Assembly (NCBI GenBank): GCA_017560225.1
Contig: JAFYOJ010000049.1
Location: 1-45,546, forward strand
DNA: 45,546 nt
Reading direction: 5' to 3'
Origin: Clostridia bacterium
GTDB taxonomy: Bacteria > Bacillota > Clostridia > UBA1212 > UBA1255
Shown here: positions 1 to 9,137 of the stretch, in pieces
How positions within the stretch are numbered: the first letter of the stretch is position 1
How the letters are laid out: each line of letters opens with the position of its first letter
Program-made: the position numbers and the translations under genes
The notes under the pieces: generated by a model
Database searches by the model: none
Told to the model about the DNA's origin: nothing
What the model saw: only the letters and a program-made list of their open reading frames with translations

Positions 1-245
1 ATCAAAGTCAAGCCACTTTCAAAGTTAAAGGGTTTTGCAGAACCTGCAAATACAAGTCCCGCATCGCCTACTGTAAAGAACAAAGCTCCGAAGAGGAGGG
101 CGATGATAAACACGCCCGCATCTCCAAGAGAAATACCCTTAATTGTAATTCTGCCTAAAGCATATCCAACCGCCAGAACAGCAAATACTACAAACAGCAA
201 CGTAGAAGTGTTGCTAATGGAAATAACACCGCCAAATAAACTCAT
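1..245 (-). CDS. N-terminal fragment (gene runs off the window start) of a YidE/YbjL/AspT-type permease, a putative organic-anion/C4-dicarboxylate or amino-acid exchanger family
   Basis: Not in the ORF track. My minus-strand translation from ATG 245..243 is MSLFGGVISISNTSTLLFVVFAVLAVGYALGRITIKGISLGDAGVFIIALLFGALFFTVGDAG... It has hydrophobic helices and a GRIxxxGISLG-type N-terminus as in YidE/YbjL. The ATG overlaps the TGA of the upstream flavoprotein gene (ATGA at 242..245). Confidence 0.5.
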   Translation of the reverse strand, partial: MSLFGGVISISNTSTLLFVVFAVLAVGYALGRITIKGISLGDAGVFIIALLFGALFFTVGDAGLVFAGSAKPFNFESGLTL

Positions 246-1888
246 AACTCAGTGTGCCCCCATGTATACTTGTCTGCCAACTTCGGATTGCCATGTGTGT
301 AAGAAGGAAGAAGCAACGGAGATTCAACCTTAGGCTCAACACCTGCATCTGCCATTTCCTTCGCAAACTTATCTACGTGAGACAATGTAAGTTTGCCCAA
401 CTTAACGCCCTTAGAATGAGCGGAAGCGTACTTACCTGCATTACGTCCGAATACGATAACGTCCAACAAAGAGTTACCCATCAAACGGTTACGGCCGTGA
501 ACACCGCCGGCAGCCTCACCGGCAACGTACAAGTTCGGAATGTTGGTAACACTTTCGTCGGTTACGTCCAAACCACCGTTCTGGTAGTGAAGCGTGGGGT
601 AAATCAAAATCGGAGTGGTACGCATATCGATACCGAACTTCTCGTACATACGAAGCATACCGGGAAGCTTCTTCTCGATGGTACCTGCACCGTGAATCAT
701 TTCGATCATCGGCGTATCCAACCAGATTGCAGCGCCCAAAGGAGTAGGAACGCCCTTGCCATTCTGCTTGCACTCACGAATGATAGAAGCAGCGGTTACG
801 TCACGAGTCTCCAACGGATTCATGAAAGCTTCACCGTCAACGTTAATAAGCTGAGCGCCCATAGAACGTACTTTCTCTGTAACCAATGCGCCCAACATCT
901 GTGCAGGGTAAGCAACACCGGTGGGGTGATACTGAATGGTATCTGCATAGAGAAGCTTAGCGCCTGCTCTGTAACCAAGTACCAAACCGTCTGCTGTTGC
1001 ACCGTAGTGGTTAGAAGTGGGGAAACCTTGGTAGTGAAGACGTCCTGCACCGCCGGTTGCGATGATAACAGTCTTTGCACGAGCGATCATCTGCTCGCCG
1101 GTTTCCATATTTTGGAGAACAGCACCGGCACACTGACCGTCTTCGTCCAAAACTAATTCGATTACAGAAGTGAAATCTACAACGGGAATACCACGGTTGA
1201 TTACTTCATCACGAAGTACACGCATGATTTCAGCACCGGAGTAGTCTGCACAAGCGTGCATTCTCTTTCTGGAAGTACCGCCACCGTGTGTGGTGTACAT
1301 GGTGCCGTCTTCTTCTTTATCAAACATAACGCCCAAGTTATTGAGCCACTGAATTGCTTCAGGTGCTTCCATAACCAATCTCTTCAAGAGCTCAGGCTTG
1401 TTGTAGTAGTGACCGCCGCCCAAAGCATCTAAGTAGTGGGTTACGGGAGAGTCGTTGGGCTTATCTGCAGCCTGAATACCACCCTCTGCCATCATGGTGT
1501 TAGCATCACCGATACGAAGCTTCGTAACGATCATGGTCTTTGCACCATTGTTATCAGACTCGATTGCAGCAGATGCACCTGCACCGCCACCACCGATAAT
1601 CAATACGTCTACGTCGTATGCGATATTGTCCAAATCAATATCTACGCCCAAGATACGGCTCTTACCTTGAAGCAGGTCAGCAAGCTCGCAGGGAACTTTC
1701 TCGCCTTTGTTGGGACCTACTGTCAATACGGAGAAGCCTTCGGACTTATAGTCAGGATGGAAATCGCTTAATACTTTCTGCTTCTCTTCTGCAGACATTC
1801 TGCGCAATTCCACGCCGATTCTGGATGCACGGCTGGCTTCAACCTTCTTGATGGAGTCCAGCATTTCTTGTGTCAAAACATTCGCCAT
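242..1888 (-). CDS. FAD-dependent flavoprotein of the SdhA/FrdA/NadB/AprA superfamily (fumarate-reductase-like catalytic subunit, probably non-covalent FAD)
   Basis: ORF 242..1918. I start it at MANVLTQEML (ATG 1888), which has GGGGAGG about 10 nt upstream. It carries the dinucleotide fold VLIIGGGGAGASAAIE, the motifs MMAEGGIQAA and IQYHPTG, and a C-terminal GEAAGGVHGRNRLMGNSLLD typical of the family. About 100 residues precede the FAD fold. Confidence 0.8.
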   Translation of the reverse strand: MANVLTQEMLDSIKKVEASRASRIGVELRRMSAEEKQKVLSDFHPDYKSEGFSVLTVGPNKGEKVPCELADLLQGKSRILGVDIDLDNIAYDVDVLIIGGGGAGASAAIESDNNGAKTMIVTKLRIGDANTMMAEGGIQAADKPNDSPVTHYLDALGGGHYYNKPELLKRLVMEAPEAIQWLNNLGVMFDKEEDGTMYTTHGGGTSRKRMHACADYSGAEIMRVLRDEVINRGIPVVDFTSVIELVLDEDGQCAGAVLQNMETGEQMIARAKTVIIATGGAGRLHYQGFPTSNHYGATADGLVLGYRAGAKLLYADTIQYHPTGVAYPAQMLGALVTEKVRSMGAQLINVDGEAFMNPLETRDVTAASIIRECKQNGKGVPTPLGAAIWLDTPMIEMIHGAGTIEKKLPGMLRMYEKFGIDMRTTPILIYPTLHYQNGGLDVTDESVTNIPNLYVAGEAAGGVHGRNRLMGNSLLDVIVFGRNAGKYASAHSKGVKLGKLTLSHVDKFAKEMADAGVEPKVESPLLLPSYTHGNPKLADKYTWGHTEL

Positions 1889-1907
1889 TTTACATGAACC
1901 TCCCCGA

Positions 1908-2582
1908 TTATTTCTCAATATCTCTGTGGTTATAGAGCTCTTTGATTTCTTCCAAAGGCTTGTTTGCCAGCGTTTCGATGAGCTGGTTGTACTCGCCGTT
2001 GATAATTTCCTGAACTCTGTTGTCTACGTGATCGCTGTGCGGCTGGATGTACTTACCGTTCAAACGGCGAGCCAAGAGCGATACCATAGAGTGGGTAATC
2101 TGTGCAGGACAACGAGATGCACACATGTTACAAGCGATACAGTCGAAAGATGCTTCTGCGCATTTCTCGTACTCTGCACGCTGTGCGTATGCAATGTACT
2201 GCATTACGTTGAGGCCCTGAGGACAAGCCTTGGTACAAGCGTTACAACCAATACAGCTGTAAATCTCAGGGTAGAGTTCCATCATGATGGTCTCTGTAGG
2301 CTTAATTGCCTCAATCTCATAACCCTTCTTCTGTCCGGGGAAGAAAGGAAGGCTTGCAATGTACATGTTCTCCTGTACTTTGGTCTGACAAGCAAGACAG
2401 AACTTAAGTTCGGTCTCACCTTTAATTCTGTAAATTGTTGCGCATGCGCCGCAGAAACCTGCACGGCAGCCGCAACCACGTTTATGTTGGTAGCCTGCGT
2501 ACTCCATAGCGTTCATAATCGTCAGGCTGGCCGGAACTTCATACATCTTACCGGCAATATAAATCTTTACCATATCCTCCAT
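1908..2582 (-). CDS. SdhB/FrdB-like iron-sulfur subunit (N-terminal 2Fe-2S ferredoxin-like domain plus two Cys-rich 4Fe-4S/3Fe-4S motifs)
   Basis: ORF 1908..2606. I start it at MEDMVKIYI (ATG 2582), with AAGGAGGA 9 nt upstream. Cys motifs are CGCRAGFCGACA, CIGCNACTKACPQG and CIACNMCASRCP. It lies directly upstream of the flavoprotein gene. Confidence 0.75.
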   Translation of the reverse strand: MEDMVKIYIAGKMYEVPASLTIMNAMEYAGYQHKRGCGCRAGFCGACATIYRIKGETELKFCLACQTKVQENMYIASLPFFPGQKKGYEIEAIKPTETIMMELYPEIYSCIGCNACTKACPQGLNVMQYIAYAQRAEYEKCAEASFDCIACNMCASRCPAQITHSMVSLLARRLNGKYIQPHSDHVDNRVQEIINGEYNQLIETLANKPLEEIKELYNHRDIEK

Positions 2583-2602
2583 TACTGTGTATCCTCCTTG
2601 CA

Positions 2603-3466
2603 TCAATACTCGTTAGGCAATTCGTCAATTTCGTCACAACGGAATACGGGACCGTCTTTACATACGTATTTAGATCCAATGTTGCAACGTCCGCATTTAC
2701 CGATACCGCACTTCATCTTAAGCTCCAGCGTGGTGTATACCTGGGTCTTATCAAAGCCCATTTCGATCAAAGCTTGCAATACGAACTTAATCATGATCGG
2801 TGGTCCGCAAATGATGGCGGTGCAGTTGGGTTCGAAAGCTAACTCTTTCAAGTAAGCCGGTACGAAGCCTACGTGGCCGTCCCATCCTTCTTGCGGGCGG
2901 TCGATGGTGATATATACGTTCATATCTTCCTCGCCGATCCACTCGTTCTTGATTTCATCGTAGTCTACCAAATCGTCTGCACTTCTGGATCCGTAGAGAA
3001 TATCCACGTGACCGTAGTCTTTCCGATTTGCGCGTACGTAGTTAATAACGGAGTGCAGCGGTGCTAAACCGATACCACCTGCGATAAAGAGCAAGTTCTT
3101 ACCCTTAAACTCTGTATCAACAGGGAACTGCTTTCCGTAAGGTCCGCGAACGCCGATCTGCTGACCAACTTCCATAGAGTGGAGCGCGTCAGTAAGTTCG
3201 CCGCAACGCTTAATACTGAATTCTTTGTATCCGGTAAGCGTAGGAGAAGAAGTGATGGAGAACATCGCCTCGCCTACACCGGGAAGTGTAACCATTGCAC
3301 ACTGACCGGGCATGTGATCGAACAATTTCTCTCCGTTCAATCCTTCTACACGGAACGTCTTAACATCCGGCGTATCCTGACGGATCGCGGTTACAACAGC
3401 AAGCTGAGGGATCAGCATATCTTTCTCCATACCATCATGGCAATGGCAGTTACAATTCTCACTCAT
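2603..3466 (-). CDS. FAD/NAD(P)H-binding oxidoreductase with C-terminal 2Fe-2S cluster (FlxA / AsrB / sulfhydrogenase-gamma / PyrK family)
   Basis: 287 aa. It shows a ferredoxin-reductase-type fold (RVEGLNGE..., LLFIAGGIGLAPL, GPPIM) and a C-terminal CGIGKCGRCNIG...C motif. Its start lies 1 nt after the stop of the upstream gene. Confidence 0.75.
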   Translation of the reverse strand: MSENCNCHCHDGMEKDMLIPQLAVVTAIRQDTPDVKTFRVEGLNGEKLFDHMPGQCAMVTLPGVGEAMFSITSSPTLTGYKEFSIKRCGELTDALHSMEVGQQIGVRGPYGKQFPVDTEFKGKNLLFIAGGIGLAPLHSVINYVRANRKDYGHVDILYGSRSADDLVDYDEIKNEWIGEEDMNVYITIDRPQEGWDGHVGFVPAYLKELAFEPNCTAIICGPPIMIKFVLQALIEMGFDKTQVYTTLELKMKCGIGKCGRCNIGSKYVCKDGPVFRCDEIDELPNEY

Positions 3467-3467
3467 C

Positions 3468-4493
3468 TTATGCTTCGCCTCCCAACTTCTTCATTACTTT
3501 TACGATATTCATAGAGATCGGACACTTCTGGAGACAGCGGCCACAACCGATGCAACCGAAAACGCCTTCATATCTGTCCGGATAGTACTTAAGCTTATGC
3601 ATAAACCGCTGACGGAAACGCTGTGTGTGGTCGGGGCGGTTGGTGCCGTGTGCCATCATGGTAAAATCGGAATACATACAAGAATCCCATACACGGAAAC
3701 GTTGAATTTCCTTGCCGGTGTTGTAATCCCGAACGTCGTAGCACTGGCAGGTAGGACATACGTATGTACAAGTTCCGCAACCCAAGCAACCGGAAGCCAG
3801 TTCCTTCCACTCAGGACGGTTGAACAACGTCAGCAAATCTACTTCTTTACCGAAACCAACGGTATTGAGTTCTGCCAAAGGCAACTTTGCAAGTACTTCT
3901 TTATTCTCAGCTTTTGCGCTGTCCGCTGCATTGTCATCGCAGTCAGCAAGCATAGAACCAAGGCTCTCCAAAAGCTTCTCACCCTTCTCGGTGTTAGCGC
4001 GCATGACCAGGTCATCCCCAGCAATCCAAGACTCTACGTCTCCGCCGGGAGCAGTGGAATCAATGCCGAATGCACCACAGAAGCAGGTTTCTTCAGGCGC
4101 CTTACACATTACAGAGAACACGGTACCGTGCTTTCTTCTGGAAGTGTAGTACGCATCCACAGGATCGTGGAGAAATACGCGATCAAGCACGTCAAAACCC
4201 TTCACGTCACAAGCGTGTACACCGAATACAACGAAATCTTCATCCTCGGGTGCAACGGGATCAATAGAAAGGTTCATGCCGTCTCTTTGGAAACGGATCA
4301 AATCCTCGCTCTGGGGGAAGAATACGCTCTTCGCACTCTTTACGGTGTGAAGCACATCGGGATTGTACTTCGTTCCCGGTGTCCACTCGCCGTAGTTATA
4401 CTGACCTGCAGTCTCTACAGGCATATACAACTTCTGGGTTGCTGCAATAGCCGCCAATAAATTATCAATTTGGGAAAATGCAATCTTCTTCAT
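3468..4493 (-). CDS. 4Fe-4S cluster protein, AsrA / sulfhydrogenase-beta / FlxB-like
   Basis: ORF 3468..4499 begins at a TTG. I prefer ATG 4493 (MKKIAFSQ), with GGGAGGGG upstream. Cys motifs are CLGCGTCTYVCPTCQC and CIGCGRCLQKCP. Confidence 0.7.
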   Translation of the reverse strand: MKKIAFSQIDNLLAAIAATQKLYMPVETAGQYNYGEWTPGTKYNPDVLHTVKSAKSVFFPQSEDLIRFQRDGMNLSIDPVAPEDEDFVVFGVHACDVKGFDVLDRVFLHDPVDAYYTSRRKHGTVFSVMCKAPEETCFCGAFGIDSTAPGGDVESWIAGDDLVMRANTEKGEKLLESLGSMLADCDDNAADSAKAENKEVLAKLPLAELNTVGFGKEVDLLTLFNRPEWKELASGCLGCGTCTYVCPTCQCYDVRDYNTGKEIQRFRVWDSCMYSDFTMMAHGTNRPDHTQRFRQRFMHKLKYYPDRYEGVFGCIGCGRCLQKCPISMNIVKVMKKLGGEA

Positions 4494-4495
4494 GA

Positions 4496-5488
4496 TCAAT
4501 TCCCCTCCCTATCGCTTACAATCTGAGGCTCCACGTCATCTTTTGTGAAGTTGATCAACGGACCTCTCTGTCCTGCGGTCTCACCTGCACTGTAGTCGCC
4601 GTAGAATTCATTAATATCCTTAATGTACTTACGGTTGAACAAGTGAAGGGGAATACCCTGGGGACAAACTCTGGTACACTCACCACAGTCGGTACAGCGG
4701 CCGGCTACGTGGAATGCACGGATAATGTGGAACATCTTCTCTTCGAAGCTGTCTGTGTTTGCCTTAGAAGCAATACCCGATGCGTTGTTATCGAATACGC
4801 ACTTGCGGCAAGAACAAGCAGGACAAGCATTTCGGCATGCATTACAACGAATACACTTGGAAAGTTCAGCCTTCCAGAAAGCAAAACGCTCCTCAGAAGT
4901 CATCGCTTCCAATGCACGAACGCCCTCAAAGCGATCGCCTGCAGCGCCTTCATCCTCATTCTCAGAGATCAATTCATCATAAATAACGTGTGCTTTACCC
5001 TTACAAGTTTCGCACTTATTTACAAGAACATCCTTCACAGCAACTTCCTTGTTTCCGTATACGGTCTCAACAGTCAAGATACCGTCCTTCTCGGAAGCTC
5101 CGGTAATACCCTTGATACCTTGTGCCTTCACACGCTCAATGTCAGCCATACCTTCGCAACCTACACCCAAGATGTATACGTTCTCACGAACGATTCTGTG
5201 CTCGGTCAAAAGCTGATTGAAGCTGTATGTATCACAGGGCTTGAGGAGTACCAATACCTTACCGGTCTGGCCCTCGGGAATTACGCTGTTCTTAATCATG
5301 TACTTGCTAAGGTTCGCAGCACAGAAAGAATCGTAAACCAATTCATCCAAAGACTCAACAGTCTCGAATACAAACGGTGTGCAGTCATAGAAGAATTCAC
5401 CCTTCTTCCAACCAACGACCTTCGTTACGGTACCGTCCGCCATCAATTCACGAACGCGGCTCAAAACTTTTGCGCTTACTCTTTGCAT
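4496..5488 (-). CDS. 4Fe-4S cluster protein, FlxC-like (second Fe-S subunit of the NAD(P)H module)
   Basis: 330 aa. Cys motifs are CETCKGK, CIRCNACRNACPACSCRKC and CTDCGECTRVCPQG. It overlaps the end of the mvhD-like gene by 13 nt. Confidence 0.7.
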   Translation of the reverse strand: MQRVSAKVLSRVRELMADGTVTKVVGWKKGEFFYDCTPFVFETVESLDELVYDSFCAANLSKYMIKNSVIPEGQTGKVLVLLKPCDTYSFNQLLTEHRIVRENVYILGVGCEGMADIERVKAQGIKGITGASEKDGILTVETVYGNKEVAVKDVLVNKCETCKGKAHVIYDELISENEDEGAAGDRFEGVRALEAMTSEERFAFWKAELSKCIRCNACRNACPACSCRKCVFDNNASGIASKANTDSFEEKMFHIIRAFHVAGRCTDCGECTRVCPQGIPLHLFNRKYIKDINEFYGDYSAGETAGQRGPLINFTKDDVEPQIVSDREGN

Positions 5489-5934
5489 CGAAGATCACCC
5501 ACCTTTACATTCTCGCCCAACTCATAAATCTTGGATACGAAATTATTCATAACTGTAGAGAACTTAACACCCTCTGCGGCAGAAACCCATTCAACACGGG
5601 TACGGCCCTTCTCCACGCCGATATAATCCAGCATGCTGAAGAGAAGTGTCATTCTTCTTCTTGTGTAGTAGTTACCGGTACTGTAGTGGCAGTCACCGGG
5701 GTGGCAACCGCAAAGGATTACGCCATCTGCGCCCTTCTCGAAGGCCCGTAAAATGAACATAGGGTTCACACGGCAGGAGCAAGGTACGCGGATAATCTTT
5801 ACGTCTGCGGGATATACCAAACGGGAAGAACCTGCAAGGTCAGCACCTGCGTAGCTACACCAGTTACAGCAAAACGCTACGATCTTCGGCTTCCACTCTT
5901 TCTTGATTTCCTGATTTGCTTCATTTATCGGCAT
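5476..5934 (-). CDS. mvhD: MvhD/FlxD-type hydrogenase iron-sulfur (delta) subunit
   Basis: ORF 5476..6015. I start it at MPINEANQ (ATG 5934), which overlaps the HdrA stop by 10 nt. It has the typical KIVAFCCNWCSYAGAD...CSCRVNP...CGCHPGDCHY pattern. Confidence 0.8.
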   Translation of the reverse strand: MPINEANQEIKKEWKPKIVAFCCNWCSYAGADLAGSSRLVYPADVKIIRVPCSCRVNPMFILRAFEKGADGVILCGCHPGDCHYSTGNYYTRRRMTLLFSMLDYIGVEKGRTRVEWVSAAEGVKFSTVMNNFVSKIYELGENVKVGDLRCKE

Positions 5935-7910
5935 ATTGCATCCACCTCCGCCATAATCTGTTTGTTGGAGAAGCCCTTCAAATCCATCGCGCCGGAAGGA
6001 CATACAACGGTACAAGCACCGCAGCCCTGACAGAGCGCTTCATTGACAACGCAAACTCTCCGAGTCTCTCTTACACCGTGGTCATTGATGAGCTTATCCT
6101 CATAACTGATCGCGCCGTAAGGACATACTTTCTCACAGCAAGAACATCCGTTACACAGAAGCTCATTGGAGTGAGATACGCAAGGATTGGTAAGAAGCTT
6201 ATCTTTTGCAAGAAGACCAATTACCTTCGCAGCCGCTGCGCCTGCTTGAGAAACGGTCTCGGGAATATCCTTAGGACCTTGGCACACACCGGACAGGAAG
6301 ATACCTGCCGTGGGGCTCTCTACAGGACGAAGCTTAGGATGGGCTTCTGTAATGAAGTCGTTGGTATCAATACTTGCTGTCAGCATAGAAGCAACTTTTC
6401 TTGCTGTAGGATCCGGCTCAATTGCAGTAGCAAGAACAACCATATCTGTATTCAGAATGATCTGCTCATTGGCAATCAAATCAACGCCCTGGACAACCAA
6501 GTGGCCGTCTTCTTCATAAACTTTACCAACTTGACCCTTGATGTAATCTACATCGTACTGTTCAACAGCACGGCGATAGAATTCGTCGAAGTTCTTACCC
6601 GGTGTACGTACGTCAATATAGAATACGTGTACTTCTACATCCGGATACTTATCACGAATCAGCATAGCGTGCTTTGCCGTGTACATACAACAAATCTTGG
6701 AGCAGTAGCACTTGCCTCTTCCGCTTACGTCACGGGAGCCCACACACTGAATAAAAGTAATGGACTTAGGATGTGTCTTGTCGGAAGGCTTCAAAAGAAC
6801 GCCGCCTGTGGGGCCTGCCGCATTCATCAAACGCTCTAACTCAAGAGAAGTCACAACGTCCGGGCAGGTAGAGTAAGAATACTCATCAAACTTAGATGCA
6901 TCAATGGGTTGGAAGCCGGTTGCCATAACGATTGCACCGTACTCTTCCTCAATGATCTCATCTTTCTGTGTATAGTCGATTGCGCCTGCGGTACAAACCT
7001 TCTCGCAAAGACCGCACTTGCCGGTCTTCAACTTCACGCACTGCTCAGGATCAATCACCGCAACGTTGGGAATTGCCTGTGCAAAAGGAATGTAAATAGC
7101 AGGGCGGTTATTGAGATTCATATTGAACTCATTCAAACCCTTCTTGGAAGGACACTTTGCCATACAAGCACCGCAACCGGTACAAATGTCGTCCTTTACG
7201 TAACGAGCTTTCTTGCGAATCTTTACGTGGAAGTTTCCTACGAAACCGCCGACAGACTCAACTTCGCTGTATGTATAGAGCTTAACCTTCTCATTAGCAG
7301 CAGCTTCTACCATCTTAGGGGTTAAAATACAAGCGGAACAGTCCAGCGTGGGGAACGTCTTATCGAGCTGAGCCATACGGCCACCGATAGTTGCGCGCTT
7401 CTCTACGATATCCACTTCAAAACCTGCATCGGCAATATCCAAAGCTGTCTGGATACCGGCAATACCACCGCCGATTACCAAAGCACGCTTGGTAACTTTG
7501 CTCTCGCCGGCCTTCAAAGGGCTATTGAGCAATACCTTTGCAACGGCGGCACGCATCAATACGCAAGCCTTCTCCGTACCCTCTTCCTTATCCTTGTGAA
7601 TCCAAGAACAGTGCTCACGGATATTGGCAATCTCAACCATGTAAGGATTCAGACCTGCGCGCTCCGCAGCCTTTCTGAATGTATTCTCGTGCATTCTGGG
7701 AGAACAAGAACAAACTACAACACCTGTGAGTTTGTGCTCTGCAATTGCATTTCTAATGATGCCTTGCCCCGCTTCAGAACACATATACTGATAATCTTGT
7801 GCAAATACAACATTGGGCTGAACCTTTGCCTCTGCCACAACGCGATCTACGTCAACAGTGGCTGCAATGTTACTTCCGCACCAGCAAACAAAAACTCCGA
7901 TTCTCTGCAA
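5925..7910 (-). CDS. hdrA: Heterodisulfide reductase subunit A (FAD, multiple 4Fe-4S)
   Basis: 661 aa. The N-terminus is IGVFVCWCGSNIA and the FAD fold is ALVIGGGIAGIQTALDIADAG. The HdrA signature CVGSRD...CYCSKICC is present. Ferredoxin motifs are CTGCGACMAKCP, CGLCEKVCTAGA, CNGCSCCEKVCPYGA and CQGCGACTVVCPSGA. Confidence 0.9.
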   Translation of the reverse strand: MQRIGVFVCWCGSNIAATVDVDRVVAEAKVQPNVVFAQDYQYMCSEAGQGIIRNAIAEHKLTGVVVCSCSPRMHENTFRKAAERAGLNPYMVEIANIREHCSWIHKDKEEGTEKACVLMRAAVAKVLLNSPLKAGESKVTKRALVIGGGIAGIQTALDIADAGFEVDIVEKRATIGGRMAQLDKTFPTLDCSACILTPKMVEAAANEKVKLYTYSEVESVGGFVGNFHVKIRKKARYVKDDICTGCGACMAKCPSKKGLNEFNMNLNNRPAIYIPFAQAIPNVAVIDPEQCVKLKTGKCGLCEKVCTAGAIDYTQKDEIIEEEYGAIVMATGFQPIDASKFDEYSYSTCPDVVTSLELERLMNAAGPTGGVLLKPSDKTHPKSITFIQCVGSRDVSGRGKCYCSKICCMYTAKHAMLIRDKYPDVEVHVFYIDVRTPGKNFDEFYRRAVEQYDVDYIKGQVGKVYEEDGHLVVQGVDLIANEQIILNTDMVVLATAIEPDPTARKVASMLTASIDTNDFITEAHPKLRPVESPTAGIFLSGVCQGPKDIPETVSQAGAAAAKVIGLLAKDKLLTNPCVSHSNELLCNGCSCCEKVCPYGAISYEDKLINDHGVRETRRVCVVNEALCQGCGACTVVCPSGAMDLKGFSNKQIMAEVDAICR

Positions 7911-7928
7911 AACTCAACACCACCTATC

Positions 7929-8330
7929 TTATTTTCTGTACTTACGGAATGCGCTGACCAAAGCCTGTTGAGGAATCTGGTCATCCACAATAGCCGGCAC
8001 ATCATCGGGAGAAAGGTAACACGTACCTTGTTGTCTCAATGCTGTTACACGAACAGCTTCGATGAGGTTTGCAGGCTCTACACCACGGGGACAACGCTGT
8101 ACACAAGCAAAACAAGTCAAGCACTTGGTGATGGACTTGCTTGCAAGCAAACGCTCTACGTCACCCTTTACAACCATGGAAACGAATTGATGAGGATGGT
8201 ACTCCATCTCGTCGAAAGAAGGACAAGATGCGGAGCACTTACCGCACTTCATACATTTCTTAGGATCGGTACCGCTCATGCGCGTAATTAAATTCGCTGT
8301 TTCTTTCTGATCAAAATGCATGGACGACAC
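7929..8330 (-). CDS. hdrC: Heterodisulfide reductase subunit C (2x4Fe-4S)
   Basis: 133 aa with CMKCGKCSASCP and CLTCFACVQRCP. It sits between hdrB and hdrA. Confidence 0.8.
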   Translation of the reverse strand: MSSMHFDQKETANLITRMSGTDPKKCMKCGKCSASCPSFDEMEYHPHQFVSMVVKGDVERLLASKSITKCLTCFACVQRCPRGVEPANLIEAVRVTALRQQGTCYLSPDDVPAIVDDQIPQQALVSAFRKYRK

Positions 8331-8334
8331 CTCC

Positions 8335-9117
8335 TTATTTCAAGCCCAAAGCTTCTGCAAGAAGCTCGGTAATATATGTAACCGGAACGGCATCTGCACC
8401 TGCATTTGCCTGCAAATTGTACAAGCAAAGCGGACAAGCGGTGATCAGTTCTTCAGCACCCTTATCCTTGGCACTGTGCATAATCTTCGCAACGCGCTTC
8501 TTAGCAAGATCCGCATCCTTTACGGTTACGTAGCCGCCACAGCATTCATTGCGCATAGGATATACAACAGCTTCTGCACCCAACGCCTTGATAAATTCTT
8601 CGATAATGGTCGGGTTCTCCGGATCATCAAAAGCCATCTCTTTCGCAGGACGCAAAATCATACATCCGTAGTAAGCGCCGATCTTACGACCCTTCAAAGG
8701 ATTTACAACTTTCTTTGCCAACTCATCAAAGCCCACGCACTCTTTGAGCATCTGCAAATAGTGCAATACGCGGGTCTCCCCTGCATAGGGCACAGCAGGC
8801 TGCAAATAGTTGTTTGCCTTGGTGCGAATATTGTCGTTGCCGGCCATATCGTTATTGACACGGGTCAATACGTGATGACAAGCAGAGCAAAGCGTTACTA
8901 AAGCCTGTCCCTTGTCCCGTGCCGCCATCAAGGTGCGGACAGAAGACAAACGGGTTGCAATCTCATCTTGCGCAAGGGGATATACGGCGCCGCAACACTG
9001 CCACTCTTCAATTTCTTCCAGTGTAATACCGAGCGCCTCTGCACAAAGACGGCCATAGTGGTCTAAGTCTTTTGCTTTGGTTTTCAGTGTACACCCGGGA
9101 TAATAACTGTACGTCAT
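8335..9117 (-). CDS. hdrB: Heterodisulfide reductase subunit B (two CCG domains)
   Basis: 260 aa starting YYPGCTL. The CCG motifs are EEWQCCGA and NECCGGY, with additional CSACHH and ACPLC. Confidence 0.85.
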   Translation of the reverse strand: MTYSYYPGCTLKTKAKDLDHYGRLCAEALGITLEEIEEWQCCGAVYPLAQDEIATRLSSVRTLMAARDKGQALVTLCSACHHVLTRVNNDMAGNDNIRTKANNYLQPAVPYAGETRVLHYLQMLKECVGFDELAKKVVNPLKGRKIGAYYGCMILRPAKEMAFDDPENPTIIEEFIKALGAEAVVYPMRNECCGGYVTVKDADLAKKRVAKIMHSAKDKGAEELITACPLCLYNLQANAGADAVPVTYITELLAEALGLK

Positions 9118-9137
9118 TTCCGTTCTCTCCTTTAAAA

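Noticed and set aside
103-333. 76-aa plus-strand ORF at the window start
   Set aside because: It is antisense to the permease N-terminus and to the 3' end of the flavoprotein gene. The minus-strand reading gives a coherent transporter N-terminus that is translationally coupled (ATGA) to the upstream gene.
254-1156. 300-aa plus-strand ORF, and the other long antisense ORFs: 1848..2855, 3597..4460, 4643..5527, 5916..6839, 7596..8291, 8320..8901, 9300..10298, 28472..29212 and 43000..44064
   Set aside because: Each lies entirely opposite a motif-rich, confidently assigned gene. Their translations are low-complexity and Cys/Arg/Ser/Thr-biased with no recognisable motif or RBS. They are shadow ORFs.
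5935-6015. Upstream extension of the mvhD-like ORF (MYRCMSFRRDGFEGLL...)
   Set aside because: The extension lies inside hdrA coding sequence. The conserved MvhD sequence begins right after the internal ATG 5934, which overlaps the hdrA stop. Similar over-long track starts were trimmed for ddl, murI, pgi, the dehydrogenase and others, based on RBS and homologue N-termini.
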